Positions 10,351 to 20,101 are shown, numbered from the stretch's first letter. The stretch: DNA of 64,000 nt from Candidatus Woesearchaeota archaeon (GCA_018221105.1 JAAOYA010000009.1:1-64000); one strand, 5' to 3'. Program-made: numbers and translations. Notes: a model not told the origin generated them from the letters alone.

Positions 10351-10932
10351 ATGGAACAAATTTATGAAAAGATATTTGAACTTGCAAAACCTTATTATGA
10401 AAAAGCTAGACCTTACGATATTTTAGCAATTGAATGGATGATAGGACAAGCAGATAGAATTGCTGATATTGAAGATTTGGATAAAAAATTATTATTACCG
10501 CTAATAATTCTCCACGATATTGGTTATGCTCGTGTTGCTGAAGATAATCCAGATGTGAAAGATATAAAAAGTAAAAAAATTCATATGGAAGAAGGAGCAA
10601 AAATTGCTAATGCGATTCTTATACAGCTTGATTATGATCAAAAATATATAGAAAAAATTACTTACTATGTATCAATACATGATAATTGGATATTTAATGA
10701 CGATATTCCCTTTAAAGAATGTAAGGAAATGGGTGTATTTAATGATCTTGATTTTATGTATCCTTTAGCTAATCCTTCTATGCTTAAAGCTAGAGCCGAT
10801 AGTATGGGAGAGACTATAGAAGAGAACATTAAAGGACTTAAGAATGACGAGAAACTGAAAAGAAGACCTTTATGTTGTGAGCAGACCAAAAAGTTGTTCA
10901 AACAATTAATAGAAAAAGCTAAGACTTATTGA
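10351..10932 (+). CDS. HD-domain metal-dependent phosphohydrolase
   Basis: ILHDIGY, H..EGA, IHD and DLD motifs. Confidence 0.8.
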   Translation: MEQIYEKIFELAKPYYEKARPYDILAIEWMIGQADRIADIEDLDKKLLLPLIILHDIGYARVAEDNPDVKDIKSKKIHMEEGAKIANAILIQLDYDQKYIEKITYYVSIHDNWIFNDDIPFKECKEMGVFNDLDFMYPLANPSMLKARADSMGETIEENIKGLKNDEKLKRRPLCCEQTKKLFKQLIEKAKTY

Positions 10933-10995
10933 TTACATTCGACACATTTATTTTTTTACAAAACTTTTAAAAGAAGCAACATAAACAATTCTTTT

Positions 10996-11649
10996 ATGGC
11001 AGAACAAAACGTATTAGTACTGTGCGCTCACTCAGACGACCAAGTACTTGGGGCTGGTGGTACAATAGCAAAGTATGCAAGTGAGGGGAAAAAAGTCTAT
11101 ACAATAATACTTTCCTATGGTGAGCTTGCCTTGTGGTGGTTTAAAAAAAGCGTTGGCGCAACAATACGCGTCAAAGAAGCGCAAGCTGCAGACAAAGTAT
11201 TGGGCGGTAGTGGAGCAACATTTTTTGGACTAACAGAAGGAAAATTCGCACAAGGAATAAAACAAAAAAATGTATTGTCAAACATTAAAAAGTTCATGAC
11301 AAAAAACAATATTAATCAAATAATTACTCACTCAATTGATGACCCTCTGCCTGATCATAACGAAACCTACAAACTGGCAGTAAAAATTGCTGATAGCAGC
11401 AAAAAAAATGTCGGGGTTTACAGTTTTGACGTTTGGAACATATGGAACATACGAAAGCGTGACGTTCCAAGATTATACGTTGACATAACAAACACTTTTG
11501 AGAAAAAAATTAAAGCACTTGACTGTTTTGAAAGTCAAAAAGTCTGGATTTACTTCACACACTTGTATTGGAGCATGCTAATACGTGCCAAAGTGTTCGG
11601 CTGGCAAAACAAAACAAAACACGCAGAAAGATTCTACAAAATACGATGA
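10996..11649 (+). CDS. PIG-L/LmbE-family N-deacetylase
   Basis: AHSDD..G.GGTI, R..EA..A, PDH, K..AL..F.SQ. Confidence 0.88.
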   Translation: MAEQNVLVLCAHSDDQVLGAGGTIAKYASEGKKVYTIILSYGELALWWFKKSVGATIRVKEAQAADKVLGGSGATFFGLTEGKFAQGIKQKNVLSNIKKFMTKNNINQIITHSIDDPLPDHNETYKLAVKIADSSKKNVGVYSFDVWNIWNIRKRDVPRLYVDITNTFEKKIKALDCFESQKVWIYFTHLYWSMLIRAKVFGWQNKTKHAERFYKIR

Positions 11650-12779
11650 TACAAAAAAAGAAATTATTAATAGCTGCAGAATCATTCGCTCCACGAAAAG
11701 ACGGTGTTGCAGTATTCTTAAAAGAAACAATCAATAGGCTAAAAGATACTTTTGACATTACAGTGTTGGCGCCAGCGTACGAAGGTTACAAAGATGATGA
11801 CCCGAAAGTAAAAATTATCAGGTTGTCAGTCTCAAAAAAACAATGGGGTGATTACAAGCCCGCAAAATGGAGGTTTAAAAAAATAAAAAATGCAGTAAAA
11901 AACACAGATTTAATATGGGTTAACGGACTTTTTACTATTGGACTGCCAACAATATATTTTGGCAGCAAGTATAACAAAAAAATTTTTTCTTGGCTACATC
12001 ACATTGAATGGGAGTTAGTTCCTGACAGCTTAAAAGTTAAGGGCGTTAAAAAAAAATTTTTAGGTCACGCAGTCAAAACAGTAGTACGAAAAGCTTACGA
12101 TAAATGCACAACTTTAATGGCGCCATCACGTGAGACTGCAACGAAATTAAAACATGTAGGGGTTACAGTGCCAAAAGCAATAATAAAAGCCGGCGTTGAC
12201 ACAGAACACTACAAACCAGCAAAAAACAAAGAACTAATAAGAAAAAAACTGCGTTTGCCAGCAAAAACTTTCATTATAGGCTATTGTGGACGTGTAGGAG
12301 CAGAAAAAAACCTTCGAACACTAGTAAAAGCATTTCAAATATTTAACTCAGAAAACCCTGACGCTAGACTTTTAATTGTTGGTGACGGACCAGACAAAAT
12401 AAAAGAACCACTAAAACAAAAAAATGTCAAAATAACAGGCTTTGTAGAAGACCCAGCACCATACTATCAAGCAATGGACGCCTATGTTCTGCCATCACTA
12501 ACAGAAACAACATCATTGACAACTCTCGAGGCTATGAGCACAGGACTGCCAGTAATCGTGACGCCGAGTGGATTGATAAAAGAATACGTCAAAAATCGTA
12601 TAAACGGACTACTATTTCCAAAACGCTCATGGGAAGTACTACTATCACACCTCAACAGAGTATACAAAAATAAAGATTTTGCAGAGACTTTAGGGCGCAA
12701 CGCCCGCCAATCAATGATAGAAGAATTCTCGTGGGATAGCACGGCGATGAAAATTGAACACATTCTAAAAAGCAAATGA
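11646..12779 (+). CDS. GT4 family glycosyltransferase
   Basis: ESFAP..DGV, GRVGAEKN, PSLTET..L..LEAMSTG; ATG 11646 overlaps the PIG-L stop (ATGA). Confidence 0.9.
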   Translation: MIQKKKLLIAAESFAPRKDGVAVFLKETINRLKDTFDITVLAPAYEGYKDDDPKVKIIRLSVSKKQWGDYKPAKWRFKKIKNAVKNTDLIWVNGLFTIGLPTIYFGSKYNKKIFSWLHHIEWELVPDSLKVKGVKKKFLGHAVKTVVRKAYDKCTTLMAPSRETATKLKHVGVTVPKAIIKAGVDTEHYKPAKNKELIRKKLRLPAKTFIIGYCGRVGAEKNLRTLVKAFQIFNSENPDARLLIVGDGPDKIKEPLKQKNVKITGFVEDPAPYYQAMDAYVLPSLTETTSLTTLEAMSTGLPVIVTPSGLIKEYVKNRINGLLFPKRSWEVLLSHLNRVYKNKDFAETLGRNARQSMIEEFSWDSTAMKIEHILKSK

Positions 12780-12997
12780 TAAAAAAAATAATAGAACGAA
12801 TATTGCGTGATAAGAAAATAAAACCTTTCGAGTACAACTTTCACACACCAGAACAAAACATTAACTTCTCACAAATAAAAAACATAGAAGGAGACTACCT
12901 AATAATAGACAATAAAGGCAGAGAAAAAGAAATACCATTAGAAGACATCAACAAAATAACAAACAAAGACAAAACAATATGGGAGAAGAAAAGTTGA
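12776..12997 (+). CDS. Small DUF504/MJ1316-like protein
   Basis: 73 aa; I..ILRD...I.F..I....G......IPL..I..I.....IWEK pattern. Confidence 0.55.
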   Translation: MIKKIIERILRDKKIKPFEYNFHTPEQNINFSQIKNIEGDYLIIDNKGREKEIPLEDINKITNKDKTIWEKKS

Positions 12998-13353
12998 AAA
13001 ATACTAAACAATGGGGACAACTCACAATAATTGACTTGTTTAATTGTGATAAAAAAATTATTACAAATAAAAAATTACTAACTAAATTTGTACAAGATTT
13101 GTGCAAGCAAATCAACATGCTGCCTTATGGTAAGACTCTGATAAAAAAGTTTGGAGGAGCAAAACTTAAAGGATATTCTCTTATGCAATTTATTGAAACA
13201 TCTTCTATAGTATTGCACGTCGACGAGAACAAAAATAATGTTTTTGTTGATGTTTTCAGTTGTAAATCATTTGACGTGCAAAAGGCTAAACAGTTTTCAC
13301 AACAATATTTTATGGCGCAAAGCTCCAAAACAAAAACTATTGGAAGAGGATAG
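12979..13353 (+). CDS. speD: S-adenosylmethionine decarboxylase-family pyruvoyl proenzyme
   Basis: WG....ID..NC, GYS..QFIETSSI..H, VDVFSCK motifs; start uncertain (12979 or 12994). Confidence 0.8.
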   Translation: MGEEKLKNTKQWGQLTIIDLFNCDKKIITNKKLLTKFVQDLCKQINMLPYGKTLIKKFGGAKLKGYSLMQFIETSSIVLHVDENKNNVFVDVFSCKSFDVQKAKQFSQQYFMAQSSKTKTIGRG

Positions 13354-13431
13354 TATTTTTTCGAAACCTTTTTAAATAAATCGGGGTTTCTGCGTGTATT
13401 CCCAAAGACTATTCTTTTGGATAGTAGGGTG

Positions 13432-14091
13432 ATGTATATGAATAAGACTGAATTGAGTAAAACATTAAAGGATTTAAAAGATAATTCTAAAGAGCGCAAT
13501 TTTGTGCAAAGTGTTGAATTAATAGTCAATTTAAAAGATATTGATTTTAAAAAGGTAGAACAACACGTTGATTTTTTTACAGACTTGCCTAATGAGCGTG
13601 GCAGAAAAGTTACTGTTTGCGCTTTTGTAGGACCAGAATTATTAGAAGAAGCAAAAAAGACTTGTGACAAAACAATAATGGTTGATGAGTTTGACAAGTT
13701 AGCAAAAGACAAAAAGGCAGTAAAACAATTAGCAACAGATTATGATTATTTTATAGCACAAGCCAATATCATGGCGCAAGTAGCTCAAAAGTTTGGAGCA
13801 ATACTAGGGCGCAAAGGCAAAATGCCGAACCCGAAAGCTGGATGCGTGGTGCCGCCAAAGACTAACCTACAACCTTTGGTTGACAGGTTACAAAAAATGG
13901 TTCGTATAACTGCTAAGACACAGCCAGTAATACAATCAAAAGTTGGCAGTATGGCAATGGACGAGGAAAAAATCATAAACAACACGATATCTTTGTACGA
14001 TTCAATAACCCATCACTTGCCAATGGAAGACAAAAACATAAAAAACGCATACTTAAAACTTACGATGAGCAAGCCGGTGAAAATAAAATGA
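13432..14091 (+). CDS. rpl1: 50S ribosomal protein uL1
   Basis: RNFVQSVELIVNL, LGRKGKMPNP, KLTMSKP; start at 13432 or 13438. Confidence 0.96.
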   Translation: MYMNKTELSKTLKDLKDNSKERNFVQSVELIVNLKDIDFKKVEQHVDFFTDLPNERGRKVTVCAFVGPELLEEAKKTCDKTIMVDEFDKLAKDKKAVKQLATDYDYFIAQANIMAQVAQKFGAILGRKGKMPNPKAGCVVPPKTNLQPLVDRLQKMVRITAKTQPVIQSKVGSMAMDEEKIINNTISLYDSITHHLPMEDKNIKNAYLKLTMSKPVKIK

Positions 14092-15053
14092 GCGCTGCAC
14101 AAGTAGCACAACTAAAAAAAGATCAAGTAAAAGAATTAGTTACTTTGCTTGACGAGTACCCAATAATTGGAGTTGTAGACGTAGAAAATCTTCCAACAAA
14201 ACAATTTCAAACAATGCGTGCTAACCTGCGAGAAAAAGTAGTAATAAAAATTGCCAAGCGACGCCTAATCCAAATTGCCTTAGAACAATCAAAAAACAAA
14301 GACGTGAAAAAACTAGAAGTTTACCTAACTGGAATGCCAGGACTGATTTTTACACGGGAAAACCCTTTCAAACTTTTTAAAACATTAAAAGATAATAAGT
14401 CAAAAGCTCCAGCAAAAGCAGGCAATATCGCTCCAAGCGATATCACAGTCAAGGCTGGACCGACAAGTTTTGCACCAGGACCAATAATTGCGCAATTAGG
14501 CGCACTACAAATAAAAGCAGGAATTGAAGGCGGCAAAGTAGCAATCAAAGAAGATTCAATAGTTGCAAAAGAAGGAGACGTTATTGACGCACAACTAGCA
14601 GAAATACTAGCACGACTTGACATTAACCCAATGGAGATAGGACTTAACATTACAGCAATTTTAGAAGAAGGTTCAATATTTACAAAAGAAGTTTTAGATG
14701 TTGACGAGCAAGCTTACTTGAACAATATTGCTCTAGCAAGCGCAGAGTCAACAAACTTAGCTTATCAAATAGGTTACTTGTGTGCTGAAACAACACCAGG
14801 AATTTTAGCAAAGGCTTTTTTAGAAGCTAAAGCCCTAGCTATGACTAGTGACATACTGGCAGACGCTGTAGCAGAAGATTTGTTAGTTAAAGCTCACAAT
14901 CAGGCACTAACACTGCAAGCGACAATGTCGGGTGAGGCTCCAAAAGAGCAAGTTGCACAAAGTGACGCGCCAAAAGAAGAAAAACCAAAAGAAGAAGTTA
15001 AAGAAGAGGAAGCTCCTGATGCTGCAGCAGGCCTTGGAGCATTATTTGGATAA
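14088..15053 (+). CDS. rpl10: 50S ribosomal protein uL10 (P0)
   Basis: APAKAG.IAP.DI.V.AGPT.F.PGP and C-terminal AAAGLGALFG. Confidence 0.96.
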   Translation: MSAAQVAQLKKDQVKELVTLLDEYPIIGVVDVENLPTKQFQTMRANLREKVVIKIAKRRLIQIALEQSKNKDVKKLEVYLTGMPGLIFTRENPFKLFKTLKDNKSKAPAKAGNIAPSDITVKAGPTSFAPGPIIAQLGALQIKAGIEGGKVAIKEDSIVAKEGDVIDAQLAEILARLDINPMEIGLNITAILEEGSIFTKEVLDVDEQAYLNNIALASAESTNLAYQIGYLCAETTPGILAKAFLEAKALAMTSDILADAVAEDLLVKAHNQALTLQATMSGEAPKEQVAQSDAPKEEKPKEEVKEEEAPDAAAGLGALFG

Positions 15054-15088
15054 ATAATCAAGCTATATTATTGGAGGAATCAAAAAAA

Positions 15089-15397
15089 ATGGAATACGTA
15101 TACGCTGCAATGTTGATTCATAAAGCAGGAGGCAAAGTTGACGAAGCAACAGTCAAAAAAGTCTTAAGCGCAGCCGGTGTAAAAGCAGACGATGCAAGAA
15201 TTAAAGCATTAGTCGCAGCATTAGACGGTGTCAACATTGATGACGCAGTCAAAACAGCTGTAGTGGCACCAGCAGCACCGAGTGCAAGCGCTGCACCAGC
15301 AAGCGACGCTGCACCTGCAAAAGAAGAAGCAAAAGAAGAAGTAGAAGAAGTTAAAGAAGAAGCAGCAGCAGCCGGTTTAGGCGCGCTGTTTGGCTGA
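15089..15397 (+). CDS. rpl12: Ribosomal stalk protein P1/L12
   Basis: MEYVYAAMLIH, Ala/Glu-rich hinge, AAAGLGALFG; GGAGG upstream. Confidence 0.96.
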   Translation: MEYVYAAMLIHKAGGKVDEATVKKVLSAAGVKADDARIKALVAALDGVNIDDAVKTAVVAPAAPSASAAPASDAAPAKEEAKEEVEEVKEEAAAAGLGALFG

Positions 15398-15464
15398 TTT
15401 TTTTCTTTTTTTAACTAGAAAATAATTTTTTTTTGTTTTGTTAAAGAAGTGAAAGTGAAACATC

Positions 15465-16343
15465 ATGGCTGATAAAAAAAAATTACGTCAAGACTTGCAA
15501 GAAGCACAAAGAAAAGTTCAAGCGCTTCGAAAAGACTTAAACAAGCTAGGCAGAGTCAAAGAGGAAACTTTCAAGAAAAAAGAAGAGCAAAGTAATAAGA
15601 TTAAGGAGTTGTTTGATTCTATTAAAAGATTAAAAAAAGAGCGCAATAAACTAACAGATACTGTAAAAGTTTTAAAAGAAAAGCGCCAAAAGTTTAACGA
15701 GCAAATAAAAAATAATGTTGTATTGTTAAAAAAAGCTTCTGCTGATAGACAAATATTTTTTGAAAAGTTTCGCTTTAGAGTAACACCTGAGAAACTAAAA
15801 AAGGAAATTGATGCTATAGAATTAAAAATTGAGACTAACGTGATGAGCTTTGACGCTGAACAAAAACTTATGAAAGCGATTAAAGAAAAAAAGAAACAAT
15901 ATAATGAAGTGAAAAGCAAGTCTGAGAGTTTTACTGATTATAAAAAATTATCAAGAGATGTTAAAAACTTAAAGCGTGACGCTGATAGCTTGCACAAAGA
16001 CATCCAGCAAAAGGCAGAGCTTAGCCAAAAAAAGCACGAGGAAGCTATTGGTCGAAGCAAAGAAGTTGAAAAGCTTAAACTTTTAGAAAAAACTTTTTAT
16101 GAATATTTTCTAAAACAAAAAAAAGCATTTGTAAAAATTAATGATAAATTAAAAGAAGAATTAAGCATTACTAGTGGTGTTGGCGAAAAGCTTAATCAAT
16201 TACACGCTAAAGAAGCACACAAAAAAGAAATAGCTGTAAAAAAGATCGAGCGCGAAGCTGAAAAAAGCGTTGATGAAAAACTAAGAAAAGGCGGCAAAAT
16301 CACTACTGATGACCTGTTAGCGTTTCAAGCACAAAAAAAATAA
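15465..16343 (+). CDS. Archaeal coiled-coil protein (COG1340-like)
   Basis: Continuous K/E heptad pattern ending KLRKGGKITTDDLLAFQ. Confidence 0.7.
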   Translation: MADKKKLRQDLQEAQRKVQALRKDLNKLGRVKEETFKKKEEQSNKIKELFDSIKRLKKERNKLTDTVKVLKEKRQKFNEQIKNNVVLLKKASADRQIFFEKFRFRVTPEKLKKEIDAIELKIETNVMSFDAEQKLMKAIKEKKKQYNEVKSKSESFTDYKKLSRDVKNLKRDADSLHKDIQQKAELSQKKHEEAIGRSKEVEKLKLLEKTFYEYFLKQKKAFVKINDKLKEELSITSGVGEKLNQLHAKEAHKKEIAVKKIEREAEKSVDEKLRKGGKITTDDLLAFQAQKK

Positions 16344-16490
16344 TTCTTAAATATAATGGGCATGTAAACTTATAAAAATATATAACAAAATATCTAATAA
16401 TATATTAATATACATTTTAGTATTTCTTTATACAATTTAGTTCTTTTTTCCTATGTATATTTTAAATATAGTAAACACAACAAAAAATCG

Positions 16491-18710
16491 ATGGCAGAAC
16501 TAACAATAATACCCTATAACACAGCATTTAACCCACAAATTGATAGTACAACATATCAAATCTATGCTAGAGGGACTGCAGGGAAAAAAATCTGTTTAAC
16601 AACAAAAAACGTTTATCCACGCTTTTACATAAAACTAAAACCAGTCTATGACATGCAAGAGTTCGCAGACAGAATAAAACAAATAAAAATCGAGTGGGAC
16701 ACACCATACACAGTAATCGACACTACAATAAAAGAACGATTAATGCGCTCCAAACCGACGAAACTAATAGAAGTACAAGTCAACGTACCAAGAGCAGTAT
16801 CAATAATTAGCAACATATTAAAAAAACGCGCAGAAGTAGAAGAAATCTATGAAGCAGACCTATTATTTAGGCGCAAGTATTCACTAGGGAAAAAAATCAA
16901 TCTCAACAATTTATACAACGCAACAGCAAAACTAACAAACACCACGCCAACAATCGATTTTTACGAATTAGAAAACCTAGAACCACAAGTTGGCACCATA
17001 GATTACGAGCCAAAAATATTATCGTTTAGCATGCAAAGAACAGAAAACGGCATACTAGCAATCAGCACACACATAGGTGGCATCACAAAAACATTCAGTT
17101 GGAAAAAACCAACAATCGACAGTCCAATACAATCAGAACAACAATTAATCAATGCATTCAAACATTACCTGCAACAAACAGACTATGACATAATAACAGG
17201 CTATTACAGCGACAAAGGAATAGAATTCTTACAAAAAAGAGCACACCGCTACAAAATAAAATTAGACCTGTCAATTGACGGCCAAGAAATAAACTTTGTT
17301 AATTACCCCAGAATCTACGGCTGCAACCACATAGACCTAAACCCACTGCTCAAAACTCATCGCAAGTTCTTATCAAGCAAAGCATTAGAATTAGAACAAC
17401 AACTATTAGAATTAAGCACACCACTAACATCACAAGCAGAAGAAATGTCAAAAAAAAGAGCAGTAATACTGCACGAGCTATGCAAAGAAACACTACCATT
17501 CTTGCTTGAATACTCCAAAATTACTAGTATGCCAATAGAAGACATCGCACGCTTTAGCGGACAACAATTAGGAGAGTGGTACTTGATAAAAAAATTTTTA
17601 GAAGCAAAACAAGTAATACCATTAAAACGCTTTGACGTAAAAGCGCAAAGGCCACGGCAAACAAACATCAATGCCAGCGGACTATACAAAGACCAATACT
17701 TCACCAATATAACATTGTTAGCGCCAATGATAATGGCACATTACAACATTGATGAAAACAAAAAAAATTGTGATTGTTGTCCACAACGAGACAGCAAAAA
17801 CCATGGTTTTTGCATGCAAAAAAAAGGCACAGTGCCAAAACTATTAGAAGAACTGGGAGCAAGGCACAAAAAAATAAGCCAGCTGAAAACAGAAAGTCAA
17901 ACAATATTTGAGCGCGCTGACATACTAGAAGACCTGGCCTATCACATATACTCAAACCTTGCAAGCCCGACAAGTCGATGGTTCAGCCCAGAAGTAATCA
18001 CGAAAACAGACGAAGTACTAACAGAATACCTGCAACGATTAAATCGTCAAAGCATCACATATAAAGACTATGAAACATTATTTGTAGAACAAGAAGCAAA
18101 ATTTGGCAGTGTTAGCCGCTGGCCAGAACTATTACGATTAGACTTTGAAAAAGCTGACAAAGTATTTTTTGCAAACAACAAATATGCCCTAACAATAGGA
18201 CAAGAGTTTATAATGAGAGGTTTTGATTACAAGCGCAACACCAGCAGATTAAATGCTGAAACACAAGAAAAAATATTGCGATTATTATTATTTGGAGATG
18301 TCAATACAGCATTAGAGCACGCAAAAAACACAGTAAAAGCATTGCAAGAGCGCCAAATTAACAAACAATCACTAATGATATCAAACGTGCTAACACGAGA
18401 CTTACCAGAGTATGAAAGCAAAGACGCTCACATAACAATAGCAAAAGACTTAGAGCAAAAAGGACACTTAGTGCGCGCTGGAACACTAATAAATTATTAT
18501 GTTAGCAATCAAGGAAATTTAGTGCGTGAAAAAGCAAGAACACTGGACAGTACAGAGCCATACGACATAGATTATTACTTAAACAATCAATTAATGTCGA
18601 TGATGACTGAAATATTTTCACCGCTTGGCATTACAAAAGAACAAATAATACAAAAAGTTCAAAACATCAACACAGTAACTGATTATTCAACAACAGCAAA
18701 CAGTTTGTGA
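16491..18710 (+). CDS. Family B DNA polymerase homolog, predicted catalytically inactive
   Basis: PolB layout recognisable (YPRFY, YEADL, DIITGY, NCDCC..FC, RWFS, LTRDL.EY, YDIDYY.NNQ), but exonuclease and polymerase carboxylates are replaced. Confidence 0.8.
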   Translation: MAELTIIPYNTAFNPQIDSTTYQIYARGTAGKKICLTTKNVYPRFYIKLKPVYDMQEFADRIKQIKIEWDTPYTVIDTTIKERLMRSKPTKLIEVQVNVPRAVSIISNILKKRAEVEEIYEADLLFRRKYSLGKKINLNNLYNATAKLTNTTPTIDFYELENLEPQVGTIDYEPKILSFSMQRTENGILAISTHIGGITKTFSWKKPTIDSPIQSEQQLINAFKHYLQQTDYDIITGYYSDKGIEFLQKRAHRYKIKLDLSIDGQEINFVNYPRIYGCNHIDLNPLLKTHRKFLSSKALELEQQLLELSTPLTSQAEEMSKKRAVILHELCKETLPFLLEYSKITSMPIEDIARFSGQQLGEWYLIKKFLEAKQVIPLKRFDVKAQRPRQTNINASGLYKDQYFTNITLLAPMIMAHYNIDENKKNCDCCPQRDSKNHGFCMQKKGTVPKLLEELGARHKKISQLKTESQTIFERADILEDLAYHIYSNLASPTSRWFSPEVITKTDEVLTEYLQRLNRQSITYKDYETLFVEQEAKFGSVSRWPELLRLDFEKADKVFFANNKYALTIGQEFIMRGFDYKRNTSRLNAETQEKILRLLLFGDVNTALEHAKNTVKALQERQINKQSLMISNVLTRDLPEYESKDAHITIAKDLEQKGHLVRAGTLINYYVSNQGNLVREKARTLDSTEPYDIDYYLNNQLMSMMTEIFSPLGITKEQIIQKVQNINTVTDYSTTANSL

Positions 18711-19234
18711 ACACGATCATCATAGCGAGCAAACTCGCCAGCAACAGTGTCATAATAGAAAACAGTGGCGTCAACAACATAAGTTCCAGGTTCAGTTCCT
18801 CGCGCTACACCAATTGCTGTTGTGAAAATATGACGCTCATGCTTTTTTAATGTTCTAGCATCAATTTCAAAAAAAGTCGGTAGCGGATTAGGACTTGCAG
18901 TTGTGGTCTTATCAGGTCTTATCAACTTATTAAAAACAAGTTCTACCTTAAACTCTGTCTCGTTTAACACATTCAAGACCCCGACACCATAAACAGCACT
19001 ATCGCCAACATCAATTTTGTAAGTGTCAAAAGGCACCACTACTTTTTCTTGACCAGCAGTTAATTGCCTGACAATCTCATTGCGCGTTTGTTGGTCTAGC
19101 TCGTTTTTAATGTTAATGCCGGTGTCTAATGCTTGAAAAACAAGTTTTAGGCCAATACCAAACACTACCATTGCTATAATGATAACTACAATTATGTTAG
19201 CACTTAATTCTATCGCAGAGCGACGATTGCTCAT
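18683..19234 (-). CDS. Pilin-like protein with class III signal peptide
   Basis: MSNRRS-AIELSANIIVVIIIAMVVFGIG: short basic leader then hydrophobic helix. Confidence 0.7.
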   Translation of the reverse strand: MSNRRSAIELSANIIVVIIIAMVVFGIGLKLVFQALDTGINIKNELDQQTRNEIVRQLTAGQEKVVVPFDTYKIDVGDSAVYGVGVLNVLNETEFKVELVFNKLIRPDKTTTASPNPLPTFFEIDARTLKKHERHIFTTAIGVARGTEPGTYVVDATVFYYDTVAGEFARYDDRVHKLFAVVE

Positions 19235-19461
19235 TTTACTAGTTCGTATTCTTTTAGAAGCAATCCCATAAACATTATTAGCACTACAGCTCCAATTGCC
19301 ATAATTCCTAATGATGTTAAGATTCTTTCAAAGCCCAAGCTAAACAATTGCCATAAGCCAAAAGCCATTATAACAAAGCCCAACCATAAGAACTTATCAA
19401 GTACTAGTTTTAGGATTTCAAATTCTTGTTGTTGTGTTAGTGTTTTCTTTATTTTAACCAT
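19231..19461 (-). CDS. Small 2-TM membrane protein
   Basis: 76 aa, EFEILKLVLDKFLWLG, two hydrophobic helices, GAGGT SD. Confidence 0.75.
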   Translation of the reverse strand: MVKIKKTLTQQQEFEILKLVLDKFLWLGFVIMAFGLWQLFSLGFERILTSLGIMAIGAVVLIMFMGLLLKEYELVK

Positions 19462-19477
19462 ATTATTACCTCATAAT

Positions 19478-20101
19478 TTAAGGGTCAATGTCAATAAACA
19501 AGTTGTTGCGAGCATACACATCATTATCATCAGTCAAGTCATTACAGTCACCAACTGATGAAATTGCAGTATTGCTTAGAGCGCATACTGTTACAGTAAA
19601 CTTGTAAGTCTCATCCTTTGCAGCTTGTGGAATAATAGTCACTGGTAAAACTTCGACTTTTCCGCCATCAATTTCTTGATTGTCAAACCATTGAATATCC
19701 GGCTCTTCAGCAGTATCACAAGCCCCACTATCAGAGATTTGTTGAACACAATCAAAACTAATAAAAAATGTATCGCTATCAGCGTCTATGTTTTTGACTC
19801 CGATAAAAACACCTCTCTTTTTTTCACTGCTCTCCATTCTAATACTTTCTGCGTTGAACGCTATTTTTTGAGTTGTTCCTTTTAGGCGGTTAGCCATTTC
19901 TTGCTGCATCTCATCAGTTACTTGTTCGAACTGTCCTGCAACGCCGCCAAAGCTTTTTCTCATAAAGCCAAGACCTAAGCCAAGCATTGTAATAGCTAAA
20001 ATTAATACTACAATAGCGTTAATTGAAAGACTTAAACTACCTCTTTTGCGACTTGGACCGCTAAAGACTTGCGGTACGAAGAATAACCCTGAATTTTTCA
20101 T
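19478..20101 (-). CDS. Pilin-like protein with class III signal peptide
   Basis: RKRG-SLSLSINAIVVLILAITMLGLGL followed by a Cys-containing globular domain. Confidence 0.7.
   Translation of the reverse strand: MKNSGLFFVPQVFSGPSRKRGSLSLSINAIVVLILAITMLGLGLGFMRKSFGGVAGQFEQVTDEMQQEMANRLKGTTQKIAFNAESIRMESSEKKRGVFIGVKNIDADSDTFFISFDCVQQISDSGACDTAEEPDIQWFDNQEIDGGKVEVLPVTIIPQAAKDETYKFTVTVCALSNTAISSVGDCNDLTDDNDVYARNNLFIDIDP

Noticed and set aside
16491..18710. PolB as a pseudogene or casposon/viral polymerase
   Set aside because: Frame is intact with host-like codon use; no cas1, terminal repeats or viral genes nearby
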